Assembly (NCBI RefSeq): GCF_018977255.1
Contig: NW_024704742.1
Span: forward strand, 69,504,001 to 69,568,000
DNA: 64,000 bases
Origin: Callorhinchus milii
Lineage: Eukaryota
Direction: 5' to 3'
Of this stretch, positions 50,968-63,057 are shown one piece after another. The notes below the pieces were generated by a model. The model saw only the letters and a list, made by a program, of their open reading frames with translations, ran no database searches and was not told the origin of the DNA. Numbering within the stretch: the first letter of the stretch is position 1; each line of letters starts with the position of its first letter. Made by a program: the position numbers and the translations under genes.

Positions 50968-51510
50968 GTTTTGGTTAGCCGGGTGCCTGATACATGCGGA
51001 AACTCACCACCATGTTTAAGAGTATCCAAACCAAGCTAAGAATTCCATGCATCCCACCTACACATGGAAATTCCAGAGATAAATTATTGGAATGGAATGC
51101 GCACTCTCTCCCAGGAGGAATGCATCCTGCTTACCTGATTCCGGAAAGTATTAGGAGCAGGTTTGCAAGAGCAAAGGCGTGGGGACACCAGAGGGTGTGT
51201 TAGGTTAACTTTTGGAGTCTAACCAGCTAAATCCACATAGCTTGCCATTGATATTGTTGTCTGGAAAGCTTTCCTGCTGCTTGTCTAGCTAGGATCAACC
51301 TACCCGTTAGGGTTTTGGCTTGCAGGATTAACAGGAGCTGAGTGGGATGACTCCTTCCTCCCAGTGACGGGTCTACCTTTCCAGGTATTGCCAATGAGTC
51401 AGGTTGTGCTGTGTTGTCATCAGCAGCGCCCTGGAGAACTGCGGACCCGCCTGACTAAGGAACTGGACTAGCGAGACTGCCACAGAGGGCTGGATCGATT
51501 CCAACATTCC
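50968..51510 (-). mobile_element. Family X (LF-SINE-like), best-preserved copy, nested in a Deu-SINE
   Basis: The host Deu-SINE breaks at TAGTGCCATT (~50958) and resumes at CCATTGAGATCTTTAACGTC (~51509). Confidence 0.72.
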
Positions 51511-54500
51511 ATTGAGATCTTTAACGTCTACCTAAACTGGCAGGCAGACCCCCAGTTTGACATCTCATCCAAAGGGTCAGTCTAGACTGTGAGTTCAAAG
51601 TCCTGACATGGGGGCTTGAACCCACAACCTTCTAACTGAAAGGCAAGAGTGCTAATGACTGAACCAGGCAGATACCATGTGGCATTCCCATTCTTTTCCC
51701 ATCATTTGTGCTTGCGTCACTAACTGTGGCATGTGGGATTAGCGCAATGTGACCCCACTTTTCCCAGCTGCTGTTGATATTGACTGTCTGTCGATTTCTG
51801 TGTGAACCCTTGCCAAAGTGAAGACTGACACAAACAGCACTGAATCGGGTTCAGGTCAAAGGTTCATCCTAGTCCCCAAGGCGTCTCAGTTGATTCATCG
51901 CTCATCGTGTCAAAACAGTGTGAGACAACAATAAACAAGGAAAACACGGTGATGGACTAAATTGCCAAATTAGTTGAGTTCCAGTCCCCAGGCTCAGGCT
52001 GTACAGTGCTTTGGTTAGACTGCACTTGAATATGGAGTCCTGTAGCACAGCAGATAGAGAGAGGACCTAGTTCAATTTCTGGGCTGGGCGAAACCATAGG
52101 CAAGTTTCCTTACTCCACATTACTCTGAATAGGAATCCGGTTGTTACAATAACAATTTGCAATTTATACGGTGCCCTTCACATGGGGTAGCATCCTGAAG
52201 CACTTTGCAGTGGCGGAGTCTGACAACAAGCCAAGAGGAGAGGGGAGGAGGAGCTGACTGAAAGTACGATCAAAAAGGGTTTTAGGTGGGATGTGAAGGT
52301 GGAGGAGGGAGGGGGCAAGGCGGAGAGATCGAGGGAGAGAGTTCCAGAGTTTCAGGCATAGTGGCTGAAGGTACTGAAGGCTCTCAAAATATACAGTCAA
52401 TTCGCTTCACAATATATTTTGTGAAGCGCTTTGAGACATCTCAGTGAGGTGCTAAGCTGCTGCATCGAATCCAAGGATTATTATTATTATTAATACTGCA
52501 GATAGTTCTGGTCACTGTGACATAAGGGGCTGTCCAGGCCATAGAGGTGGTGCAGAGGAGAGCAATGAAGCTGATCCCCAGTGTTAGAGGAATAAACTAG
52601 CAATAATTTGACAAGCTAGAGGCTTAGTCTTAAGAGGTGACTCAGAGAGGTGCTTATAAATTTTAAATGTGATTGAAAAAGTAAATCCAGAACAATACTT
52701 TAGGATGTCCTAAGATAGTAGAACAAGACACAGGTTTAGAGTTTTCAAAGGGGCAAGGAGTCCTGTAGCTTAATGGTTAGAGCACTTGTCTCGCAAGCGA
52801 GAGGACCTGGGTTCGATTCCTGGGTATGGCGAAACATTGGACAAGTTTCCTTACTCCACATGCTTTGTTTACCTAGCAATACGTAGGAAGCTGGTTGTTC
52901 GTTGATTGGCAGATTGCTTTTCCGGAGGTAATAATCCATTCAAAAAATCTATAATAATAACAATTTGGTCACTCAATCCACAACATTGTATTCTGTGAAG
53001 CGCTTTGAGATGTCTCAATGATATGATAAAGCATTATATCAAATCCAAGAATTATTATTATAGAATACACTTCATGTTTCAAATAGAACCATGGAGTCAG
53101 TCATTAAATATTATTAATTCATGTAATTTGAAGACAGAGACCAGGAAGATTTTCTTTACCCAGAGGGTAATTAACAATTGGAACATGTTGCCAGGAAGGG
53201 TGGTTGAGGTTAGGATACTGGGACTCATTCAATAAACAGCTTGATGCTATGATGGGAGAATGGGTGTTCACTAAATAATTCCACATTGCTCGCCACTGAG
53301 AAAAGTCTCAGAAAGCTTCCAGCTACTAGACCAATTTGTCCCGCATGCCCTCCGTTCCACTATCAGCTGTTGTGCTTTCAGCCACTATGACCCAAAACTC
53401 AGAAACATTATCCCTCATTCCCTCCACCTCGCCACCTCCTATCCCCATTTTCAGGCTATGCCTGAAGATCTTCCACTTCAACTGTACTTACGATCACCTC
53501 CCCACCTCCCTCCTACTTGGCATCGTACTCTGCAATCGTCAAGCGCTCTGGAACACTACCTTGCCCAGCCTGCCCCAACATTGGCGGTCAGGCCTTCAGC
53601 CTCTCTGCCCCCATCCTTTGGAACTGTATTCCACAGTCCCTTCCCCTCGCCCCCTCACTTGCCTCCTTTACAACTCATCTCAAGATCTTCCTCTTCGACC
53701 GCGCCTTTGGTCACCCTCTTATCCCAATCCCCAGCTCGGGTGCACATCCTTGACTGTCGGGCATGATACAAAAGTAATTTGTTGTTGTTGTTGTTGTGAG
53801 GGACGTTAAATAAATACAAGTTGTTCTTATCCTCCACTCATTAAACCTCGGGCTTGCTGTGTTAACAGGAGCTGAGGGGGAACGATCCCAGCTTCCCACT
53901 CCCTCCCAACCCCCACTCTCTGGCTAATAATGAGCCCTTAACAGGCTCACATAGCCAATTTGTCCTGACACTTTGATCATTTTACTGTGGAGATCGTATC
54001 AGACGTTCTTTTCCCCTGCGCTGGTTAAGAGGTGAAAGTCAAATGGAATTTATTCCATGCAACAATGGGACTGGAAGGGAGGGTATAATGTAACCACTGT
54101 ATCATTAGTACAGGAAGCCTCTGATAGCTAAGCAGTGAAAGCCAGCTCCAGACAGTGATGGATACGATGATCGCCACAAGATATACACAGCCATGAAAAT
54201 TTAATGAAAGCTAAATGGTCCTTGGGGACTATCTATCTTACCGTATTTCTTCATGAAGAGAAGTCAGGAAAGCAAACTAGCTGCATTAACATGTTTCAGT
54301 CTAGCTCAGTCAGTAGTACTCTCACCTCCATAATAATAGTAATAATCCTTAATAACTATCCTTATAATGTTGTTGAGATGTCTCAAAGTGCTTCACAGAA
54401 TATATTGTAAAGTAGATTGACTGAATTTTGTGGGTGAAACATGGCAAGCTAATTACTGCTAGGTAAACAGAAGCATGTGGAGTAAGGAAACTTGCCTAAG

Positions 54501-54974
54501 GTTTCACCCCGTCTAGGAATCAAACCCGGACCTCTCACTTGCGAGCCGAGCGCACTAACCTCTAGGCTACAGGACTTCACCTCTGAGCCAAAAGGTTGCG
54601 GGTTCAAGCCCCATATCCTGGAACTCTGTACTCGCATAGTCTAGGCTGACACTCCAATGCATTGCTTAGGGAGAGCGCTGCCTTATTGGAGGAACCATTT
54701 TCCGACGTAATGTTAAACCGCGGTCCCATCTGTCTGTTCAGATGACGTTAAAGATCCCATGGCAATACTCCAAAAGAGAAGGGAGTTTCTCTCTCCCGGT
54801 GTCCTGGTCGACAATCCCCCAGATAAAATCAGTCACTCACTTCATGGCTGTTTGTGGGAGTTGCAGGGAATTCCTGGTACACAGTGAGGGCTCAAACCTA
54901 CATTTGTTAAATGTCAAATGACTAACCAGCTTAGGAAACAAAAGGGAGGCAAGCGGGGTCTCAGTGGAGTGAAC

Positions 54975-55500
54975 TGGCTCCAAATTGATATGCTTGGCAA
55001 ATGTCAAAATGAATCAATCCTCTGTGATGGTCTCTAGTCCAATTCCTGAGCCAGGCAGGTCCACAGTACTCAAGGGCATCTCTGATGACGGCACAGCTAG
55101 CCCGACTCATCAGCAGGACTAGTCACTAGGGGCAGGGATTCTTCTCTCAGCTCTCATTAACCCTACAAGCCAAAGCCCTAACGGGTTGGGTACTCCCAGA
55201 TGGACAAGCAGTGGGAAAGCTTGCCAGACAGTGCTCTCTGTGGCAAGCTATGCGGTTTTAGCTAGTTAGACTCTAGTAGTACAATGCACACTCTGGGGTC
55301 CACCAAGCCTTGGCTCTTGACAATATCTGCATAGTACTTTTTGGAATTAAGTAAGCAGGGTGTGTTGCTTCAAGGAGAGAGAAAGCGCATATTCCATTCT
55401 AGACACAAGGAAATTCCCATGTGTAGGTGGCAGACATATGTGGAACTTTTAGTCTGGTTTGGATACATTTCATACTCTGTCAGCTATTAGCTCACAAAAT
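54975..55500 (+). mobile_element. Family X (LF-SINE-like) copy
   Basis: CTCTGTGATGGTCTCTAGTCCAATTCCTGAGCCAGGCAGGTCCACAG..AAGCAGTGGGAAAGCTTGCC..GTCTGGTTTGGATAC. Confidence 0.7.
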
Positions 55501-57714
55501 GCTGACGTGGGGCTTGAACCCAGAAACCAAAGGTGAGATTACAACCAAGTGAGCCAGGTTGATTGTACTATGAGCTCAATTCCCTTAAAATGGGGTCTTG
55601 AACACACAAACATCTGACCCAAAGGAGGGATCGTTACTAACAGAGCCAAGTCAACACCTCATTTGCGCCTGAAAGGCTTCAATAATTTCTCCCTTGGACA
55701 GTGTCAAATAACGCTGAGCAAAAAACAGTGTCCCAGAGTACTGCATTCACTCGCACGCACGCTGTAGGCCCACATGTAGAACGACCTCTTTATCAGTAAG
55801 TTGAGAAGGTGGTGAATTCTAATGGACCCTCTGGGAGTCTTTGTCACAAAGGCATTTAGATATTTCTTCTCACTGTTACTCTTGGCTGCCTGCACTTGGC
55901 AATTAAGTCTTGTTGCAGGAAAGTGCAGGAGTGTTTAAATAAAGAGCCTTACTAACAAATACAAAGAATATTCCTTACCTTTGATATAGCGCTTTTCATG
56001 CCAGGAGGACGTCTCAAAGTGCTTTACAGGAAACACTGTAAGGTGGAGTGACTGTGGGCAAATGGGACAGTTATTATAACAATAATAATCCTTGGATTTT
56101 GATGACAAAACTAAACAGTCATTACACTTTACGGTGAATAATAATAATCTGATATTGCACCATATAACATCGTTGAGACATCTTAAAGCACCACTGTAAA
56201 GTGAATTGACTGTATATTTTGTGGGTGAAATGTGGCAGCCAATTGAGCACAGCAGTGTTCCACAAACAGTCATGGATTGAGTGACCAAATTATTATTTTT
56301 TAAATCATGTCATTCACTTCAAGGCATTCTCTCATTGTGAAAGGCCCCATATTAAGTGCAAGGATTATTGTTAACGCATTTGATACTGCACCTTATCACA
56401 CAGTTGAACCATCTTAAAGTACCACACAGAATTTATTGTAAAGTGTAGTGACTTTTAGTATTTTTTAGGTGAACACAGCAGTCAATTTGCATTCAACAAT
56501 GTCTCAAAAATAATCATGAGTCAATGATATTAGCTGGGGGATTGTAGCCAAAACAATGGAGGATAAACTACCTTCTCTTTTCTAATAGCACCGGAGGATC
56601 TTAAACATCCACCTGAACTGGCACAAATGGGGTCTTGGTTTAACGTGTCATCCAAAAGACGACACCTCCGACAATGCAGCGCTTCCCCCAGCACTACAAT
56701 GGAGCATCAGCCTCGACTGTGAGCTAAAAGTACTGATGTGGGGCTTGAACCCACAACCTTCATGTTTTAGAGGTGAGAACGATACCAACTGAGTCAGGCT
56801 GTCACAGATCCTGACCCAGTCCCCAGCTTTCAGCAATACCCCACCACGGGCAGAACTATATCTATTTTTTGTTGCAGAAGGTGTCTGATACACTCGGAAT
56901 CCCATCGCCATGTGCGCAATTGGTTAGAGGACTCGCCTCAAGCGAGAGAAACCGGGTTCGATTCCCAAGCAGCAGAGTGAAACTTTAGGCAAGTTACCTT
57001 ACTCCACATGACTCTGTTTCCTAGCAGTAAGTAGGAACCACGTCGATTGGCGAATCGTTTTCCGTGGTTAATGATCCCTGCAAAAAAATATAAGAATAAT
57101 AATTTGGTCACTGAATCAATGACTGTTTGTGAGACACTGCTGTATGCAACTGGTTGCCATGTTTCATCCACAAAATACACAGTCAATTCACGTTACAGTA
57201 TATTCTTTGAAATGTTTTGAGTCGTCTTAACAACATGATAGGGGGCTATATCAATTATTATTATTTTATTATAGGAGTGTCCTAACCAGACTGAGGTTCG
57301 CACCACTTGGAAATTTCTCTTCAGAGAAAGAAAGGACAGAAAGAAGGTTCAGTGTAACGAGAGAGAGAGAGCAGTGGCAAAGGATTGCTCATGAAACAGC
57401 AGGGTTTTGCAAAATGACAGAACAGTTATTGCCGAGCATTCCAGACCCACCGAGAGCAATAAATCTTCGTGAAGGAAGAATGCTTCAATAATGCTGGCAT
57501 GAGACAGATGGCCTTTTTTTTCCATGGGCTTCAAGGCGTTATTGTCCTTTGTGAACTGCGTTTCGCCCTTAACCCTTCGAGCGTCACATGCCCTGAGCTT
57601 AGTCCTGGCCACGAGATGACTTGAGGAATTAATGTAAGTTTGTTTGAGTTTTAGTCTCCAGGGCAGCCCTCCTCATCCCCCCTACCCCCCTCCCTGCCCC
57701 CCCAATGATGTAGT

Positions 57715-58015
57715 GGACAGAGCTGCAGCTTACAGAACAGGAGATCACTGGTTTGAAACCCCGTCCCTGAGTATGTTGGTCTCATCTAGGTCTAGGTCTG
57801 GAGGTTAAATTGGCTCTTGTCTTCCTAGGGTTAGGGAAGGGTAAATCTGTTAGGTTCCTGCTCCTCGTCCCTCTACACCTCTCTTTACTAGCTATACATG
57901 TAAAGCCGGGAGGGAAAAGGTCAGGCTCAGCTGTCGTGGCTTCTATCTTACATTCGAGTGACACTGACAACACTCACTGTCAAGGCTCATTCATGGTGAT
58001 TTGATCAGGTACCGG
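57715..58015 (+). mobile_element. Ancient SINE, AmnSINE2-like, degenerate
   Basis: B-box-like CTGGTTTGAAACCCC, then AATTGGCTCTT..GGGTTAGGGAAGGGTAAATC..GGTTCCTGCTCCT..ACACTCACTGTCAAGGCTCA. Resembles the AmnSINE2 consensus as I recall it. Confidence 0.4.
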
Positions 58016-58254
58016 GTGGTGGGGAATATGGGGAGCGGGGAGACAAGAGAATGGGAATCAATGCCCACAAAATATACAGTCAATTCACTTCACAGAATAT
58101 TCTGTGAAGCACTTTGAGACATCTCAGAGATGTGATAAGGCATTATATCAAATGCAAGCATCAACAGGAAAAGGATTTCTATAAATGCTAATCATTGTTT
58201 AACTTTCAGTAGATAAGGAGAATAGAATAATAATAAAAAATTGTTTGTACCCCA

Positions 58255-58485
58255 ACACACACTCTGAGACCCCTCAAGCCTAGGCTCTTGTTAGCCTGCA
58301 CTTAATACTCCGGAATTAGGTAAACAAGATGCGTCCCTCCAGGGAGAGAGTGCGCAATATATTCCATTCTATAGGGAAGTTTCCATGGTAGGTGGGATGC
58401 ATGGAATTCTCAGATTGGTTCGGATATTCTTAAGCATGTTGATGAGTTTGCCTATGTGACAGATATCTGGTTTGCCAAAACAAAA
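58255..58485 (+). mobile_element. Family X, 3' fragment
   Basis: Matches 1335-1566 (CCCTCCAGGGAGAGAGTGC, GGATGCATGGAATTCTCAG). Ends CCAAAACAAAA. Confidence 0.7.
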
Positions 58486-58706
58486 TTGGATTTGATACAG
58501 CGCCTTTCACGTTGAGAGTCACAGGATTCACTGTAAAGCCTGGTGACCTGTGTGGTTTTGTAAGTGAACGTTTGACAATAAACAGCGAGGAAAGGGAGTG
58601 AGGCGCAGTTCTGAAAAGGTTAATCTTTGCAGCTCTGAGATATGCACTGTAATGGTATTTGATGATATTTACAAACTTCCCAGATTTTAGCCCTCATTAC
58701 CAATGT

Positions 58707-59014
58707 GGAGTCCTGTAGCTCAGTGGTTAGAGCACTCGCTTTGCAAGCGAGAGGCCTGAGTTCAATTCCAGGCAGAGGGCGAAACCTTGGGCAAGTTTCC
58801 TTACTCCACACGCCTAATAATAATCCCTCCAAAACCAAAAGCAATAATAAAAATTGGTCATTTTCAATGTACGACTGTTTGTGGGACATTGCTGTGCGCA
58901 ATTGGCTGCCGCGTTCGCCCACAAATATACAGTCAATTCACTTTACAGTGTGTTCTGTGAAGCGCTTTGGGACGTCCTCCCGACGTGAAAGGCGCTATAT
59001 CAAATGCAAGGATT
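58707..59014 (+). mobile_element. Young A-short SINE with an L2-identical tail stem-loop
   Basis: tRNA-Ala(TGC)-like head CTCGC-TTTGCAA-GCGAG. Tail GGGACGTCCTCCCGACGTGAAAGGCGCT. AATGT occurs on both flanks. Confidence 0.9.
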
Positions 59015-59202
59015 AAATGTCAGACTGATGTGGTGGACAATGTGTAAAATTTAATAAACCATAAAATTCTAATGGTCGAGATTAGCTCACTGATAGTAAG
59101 GGTCAATTTGCATTAATGAGGCACTAAATCACTAAAAGTCTTTGCTTTCCCCATAACAGGATGTAAATATGGCATAATTTCTTCCCATAGCAAAATAGGT
59201 TG

Positions 59203-59553
59203 TGGAATCCCGTAGTGTAGTAGTGGTTGGTGCGCTCACCTCGCAGCGAGAGGATCTGGGTTCGATTCCTGGACAGGGCAAAACTTTAGGCAAGTTTCCT
59301 TACTCCACACACCTCAGTTTACCGAGCAGTAGGTAGGTAAACTGGTTGTTAGTTGATTGGTGGACCGCTTTTCAAGGGTAAAAATCCCTTTTGGTCACTC
59401 AATCCTCACGACTGCTATGCACAATTGGCTGCAGCATTTCACCCACAAAATACACAGTCAATCCACTTTACAATATATTCTATCAAGAGCTTTGAGATGT
59501 CTCAATGATGTGATAAAGCAGTATATATCAAATGCAAAGATTATTATTATTAT
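59203..59553 (+). mobile_element. tRNA-Ala SINE (family A)
   Basis: Standard head, body and tail. Confidence 0.82.
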
Positions 59554-60014
59554 TACATATATCAACCTTGTTCTGAGTTTCTAATGAGAAAAGACAGTAC
59601 AATAACTGACATTCTTTGTTAGAGTGATGAGATACTCTGTGTTTGAGTGATGAGGTACAGTGCGTGTTGAGAGATGAGATGTATTCTGTGTATTAGTGAT
59701 GTCTGTGCCAGCTCCCTCAAAAGCAATCCTTTCAGTCCCCATTTTCCTGCCCCTTCCCCACACCACTGAAGCTGACTGTTTTTAGATAATAATCCTTGCA
59801 TTTGATATAGCGCCTTATCCTTTCGTTGAGACATCTCAAAGCCCTTCACAAAACATACTGTAAAGTGAATGTGTATTTTTTGGGCAAAACAATAGTTGTC
59901 TCCAAGACATGATAAGGCACTAACTCAAATGGAAGGATTATTAATACAGATTCAGCTTCAACCACCACTCCCATCAGGGCATTCCATATCCTAACCACTC
60001 TGTGCGTGAATTCA

Positions 60015-60492
60015 ACTAATTAAAAACTCTGTGGCCTGCATTCTCACCCGCATTAAACTCTGTACCTCCGTTACCCCAGTCCTTGTCAAACTCCATCGGC
60101 TCCCTATCACAGAGCGGATCGATTTCAAGATCCTCACTCTTGTATTTAAATCCCTCCATGGCCTGGCACTTTCCTATCTCTCCAACCTGCTCTCTGCCTA
60201 CACTAGTACCAGCTGCCCTTGCTTGACTGGCTTCGGCTTCCTCCTTGTCCCCAGGACCATTCACCCCATCATCGGTGGTCGTGCTTTCAGCCACTACGTC
60301 CCAAAACTGCGGAACTCTCTCCCTCGCCTTGCCCACTCTCTCCCTATTTTCTGGTCGCGCTTGAAAACCTTCCTGTTCAACCATGCCTACAGTCACCTTC
60401 CCCTCCACCTAGCTCACCATCAGGCTCCACCACTGTTAAGCGCTCTGAGACGCCATCCGGCATGAAGGATACAACAAGTTGTTGATGTTGAA
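60015..60492 (+). mobile_element. L2 3' fragment nested in an antisense CR1 fragment (~59950-60750)
   Basis: ORF 60031..60465: LHRLPITERIDFKILTLVFKSLHGLALSYLSNLL..LKTFLF. The flanks are reverse-complement CR1 (GGCATTCCATATCCTAACCACTCTGTGCGTGAA and ATCACGTCACCCCTCA). Confidence 0.8.
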
Positions 60493-60813
60493 TAAAATTC
60501 TCCTAACCTCTCATTTGCTTGTTTACTAACTATCCTAAATTGATGCCCTCGAGTTACTGACTCACCGACCAGTGGAAATAACTTCTACCAATTGACTCAA
60601 TCAACACCTCTCATCATTTCAAAGACCTCAATCACGTCACCCCTCAAACTCCTTTGTTCCATTTCTTCCAGTCTCTGCTCATAGGCCAAACAACTCAACC
60701 CCGGCGTCATCCTAGTAAACCTCCTCTGCACTGCCCCTGTCTCCTTGAGGTCTTGGGATTGATATCTTGGAGCGATGGGAAACTCTCTGAGTGATCAAGT
60801 GATGGGATATGAG

Positions 60814-61625
60814 CTGGGCTGATACAAATGTGCGGGCGCACTTCCCCTGCATTTTCCATACAACGGCTCCCGCCCGCTACAACAGCCCCTTGGGTACGAA
60901 CCTTTACACACAGTGCACTGGGCCCCAGGCTCCAATCTTGCATGCGAGGCGCGGTGAATTTGGGGATGGCAGGAGCGGCGTGTACAGGAAATGGACTTCG
61001 CTGGTGAATAAACCTCGATAGGAAAAGCAGCTTTGTTCTGGCAGTGCTGGCACAGCCACTGCAGAAAGTTGAGGAGAAGCCTCTTCTTATTGGAGTAGAA
61101 TTCTTGCAGTAAGTCAACCACGCCATTGCGTCGCAAACTCTTAACTGTAAAAATGGTTAACTGTGATAAAGTGCTTGCAGTTGCCATAGACTGTGCAAGC
61201 TACATGATCGAAGCATTTTACACAATTCTGTTTCAAACAATTGTTTCCTTACGCAATACATATTACATGCATTGCCCATCTACTGAACTTGATTTTGGAA
61301 ATTTGGCCTGTTATATTGGAGGACTTAAACACAGTGGTTGCTATGGTCAAGAAAGTCTTCTGCTAAAGTCCAATGCACCAGCATCAGTACTTGGAATTTA
61401 TGGAGACGAAGAATGTAATTAAACCGCAGATGCCGGTCTTTGCTGTTCAGAGGCGTTGGTGCTCCTGGGTGAAGGCTGTTGAATATTTGTATGAGTACTT
61501 GCCTGTCTTGGCAGAATTTGTAGTTTAGCTGCAAAATGCTTCTCTCAATAGAGCCCCCACTGCATTTTTTCTGTAAAATTCAGCAAGCTGCTCCGCAATA
61601 TTTCCGCACGTTTCTATTGGCCCAG
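60814..61625 (+). mobile_element. Internally deleted hAT DNA transposon (812 bp) with TIRs, 8-bp TSD and transposase relic
   Basis: TSD GATATGAG at 60806-60813 and 61626-61633. TIRs CTGGGCTGATACAAATGTGCGG (60814-60835) and CTGGGCCAATAGAAACGTGCGG (reverse complement of 61604-61625), 18/22 identical. Confidence 0.9.
61011..61550 (+). pseudogene. hAT transposase RNase H core fragment (CGGBP1-related/DUF659-like type); two frameshifts and internal stops
   Basis: Three consecutive frames: NLDRKSSFVLAVLAQPLQKVEEKPLLIGVEFLQ*VNHAIASQ / KVLAVAIDCASYMIEAF / QLFPYAIHITCIAHLLNLILE..VAMVKKVFC*SP..PQMPVFAVQRRWCSWVKAVEYLYEYL. These supply the D..YM motif, CxxH and RW. Confidence 0.85.
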
Positions 61626-62431
61626 GATATGAGCTCTCTGTGGAATAACACCTTATAATATAATAATAATAATAATAATAATAATCCTTGCATTTGATAT
61701 GGTACCTTATCACTGAAAATATTGTAAAGTTAATTGATTCTGTATTTTGTGGGCGAAATGTGGCAGTCAATTGCGCAAACAATCATGGATTGAGTGACCA
61801 CATTTTTAAAAATTACTCTTCCCTTATTCCCATCACCTCTAAAAGAAAACCTCAGTGTTGTTTTATAAAGCTTTACGTCTGTCAATTGCTCATTCCTATT
61901 CCTTTCCCTCTCTCTCTTTGCCTTCGCAGTAGCAATCAGGACATCTGCAGTGCAGGCAAGTTCATTTCAGCGGCTTTCTTTTGACTCTTAGGTGGTGACT
62001 GTTTTATATAAAGCGACTCATCAATTTGAAGCAAATCGCAAAGCCTCCCCATTCACTACCCCTTTTATGCCTAGGGAGGAACTGTAACGAGCATTGTAGT
62101 TACAGCTTATTAAATGTCAATTTGTTATCTATCTGCTCGCACAAAGAGAAACCTCTTAAACTGCAAAATATGTATTAATCCTGCAGCTAATGCCAGATAA
62201 TTTGCCTGGGGTATTAAATAATTTAATATGCAAATCTGTGCAAAATTACCATGCTTTGTGTTCAGAATTAATACATTTTACTAATTCCAACAAAAAAAAA
62301 CACCCATAAAGTGTTTAACACATGGTTTCCTATTTCATTTCATATGTGTACACCAGAAACAAAAAAATATTTTATTTTGTTTTTGTATCTCTTAACACAG
62401 AGGTTAGTTTTGAGGACACTTTGAATGGGCA

Positions 62432-62700
62432 AGAATACTGCTGTCTGGCAAGTTTTCCTGCTGATTGTCCAGCTTGGATGGTCCTAACCATTAGGGCTTT
62501 GGCTTTTAGGGCTAACAGGAGCTGAGTGGGAGAATTCCCTATCCCCAGTGACTGGTCTGCCCTTGCAAGTACTGCCGATGAGCTAGGCTGGCTGTAATGT
62601 CATTAGCAGTGCCCTGCAATATTATATTAGAGACCATCACAGAGGGCTGGCTCGATTCCGATATTCCATTGCTAAGCATATCACCTCAGAGCCAGTTCGG
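62432..62700 (-). mobile_element. Family X, 5' half
   Basis: CTGTCTGGCAAGTTTTCC..TTAGGGCTTTGGCTT..AACAGGAGCTGAGTGGG..AGAGACCATCACAGAGGGCTGGCTCGATTCC matches 51255-51510. Confidence 0.7.
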
Positions 62701-63057
62701 ATCCCACTTACCATCACCGCCCCCCCACCCCACCCCCAGGAAGATAGACACTGAAGATGTCTGTCTGGGTTCAGATCTGATTTACTTTTCTCAGCAGCTT
62801 ACAGAATTTGGCAATTGTAGAGTTCAGTCTTACACTTGAAGGTGTTTTTCTGTACTTCTAAAAAGAAACTTGGGGAAAAAAAAGCTTCAGAATTGGCGTT
62901 TCCCAAATTATAGACACTCTGAAAATAATTATACAACAATAATCCTTGCATTCAACATAGTGCCTTATCACACTGACAAATCGTCTCAAAGAGATTTGCA
63001 AGATTTCTACAACCACAAAACTTCATTTTTATACAGCGTCCTTCGTGTAGGATAATG

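Noticed and set aside
50994..51203. Similar peptides (LEWNAHSLPGGMHPAYL) in ORFs at 1199, 42344 and 50994 as a gene family
   Set aside because: The similarity follows from being copies of one repeat. Stops and indels differ between copies, no domain is recognisable, and the frame is antisense to the inferred element.
58707..58782. tRNA-Ala gene (cloverleaf-like, TGC anticodon)
   Set aside because: It continues directly into a SINE body and tail, has an imperfect acceptor stem, lacks a poly-T terminator and has many dispersed copies.
60707..61187. Minus-strand ORFs of 130-139 aa as a novel gene
   Set aside because: They are antisense to the hAT element, whose + strand carries the recognisable transposase motifs.
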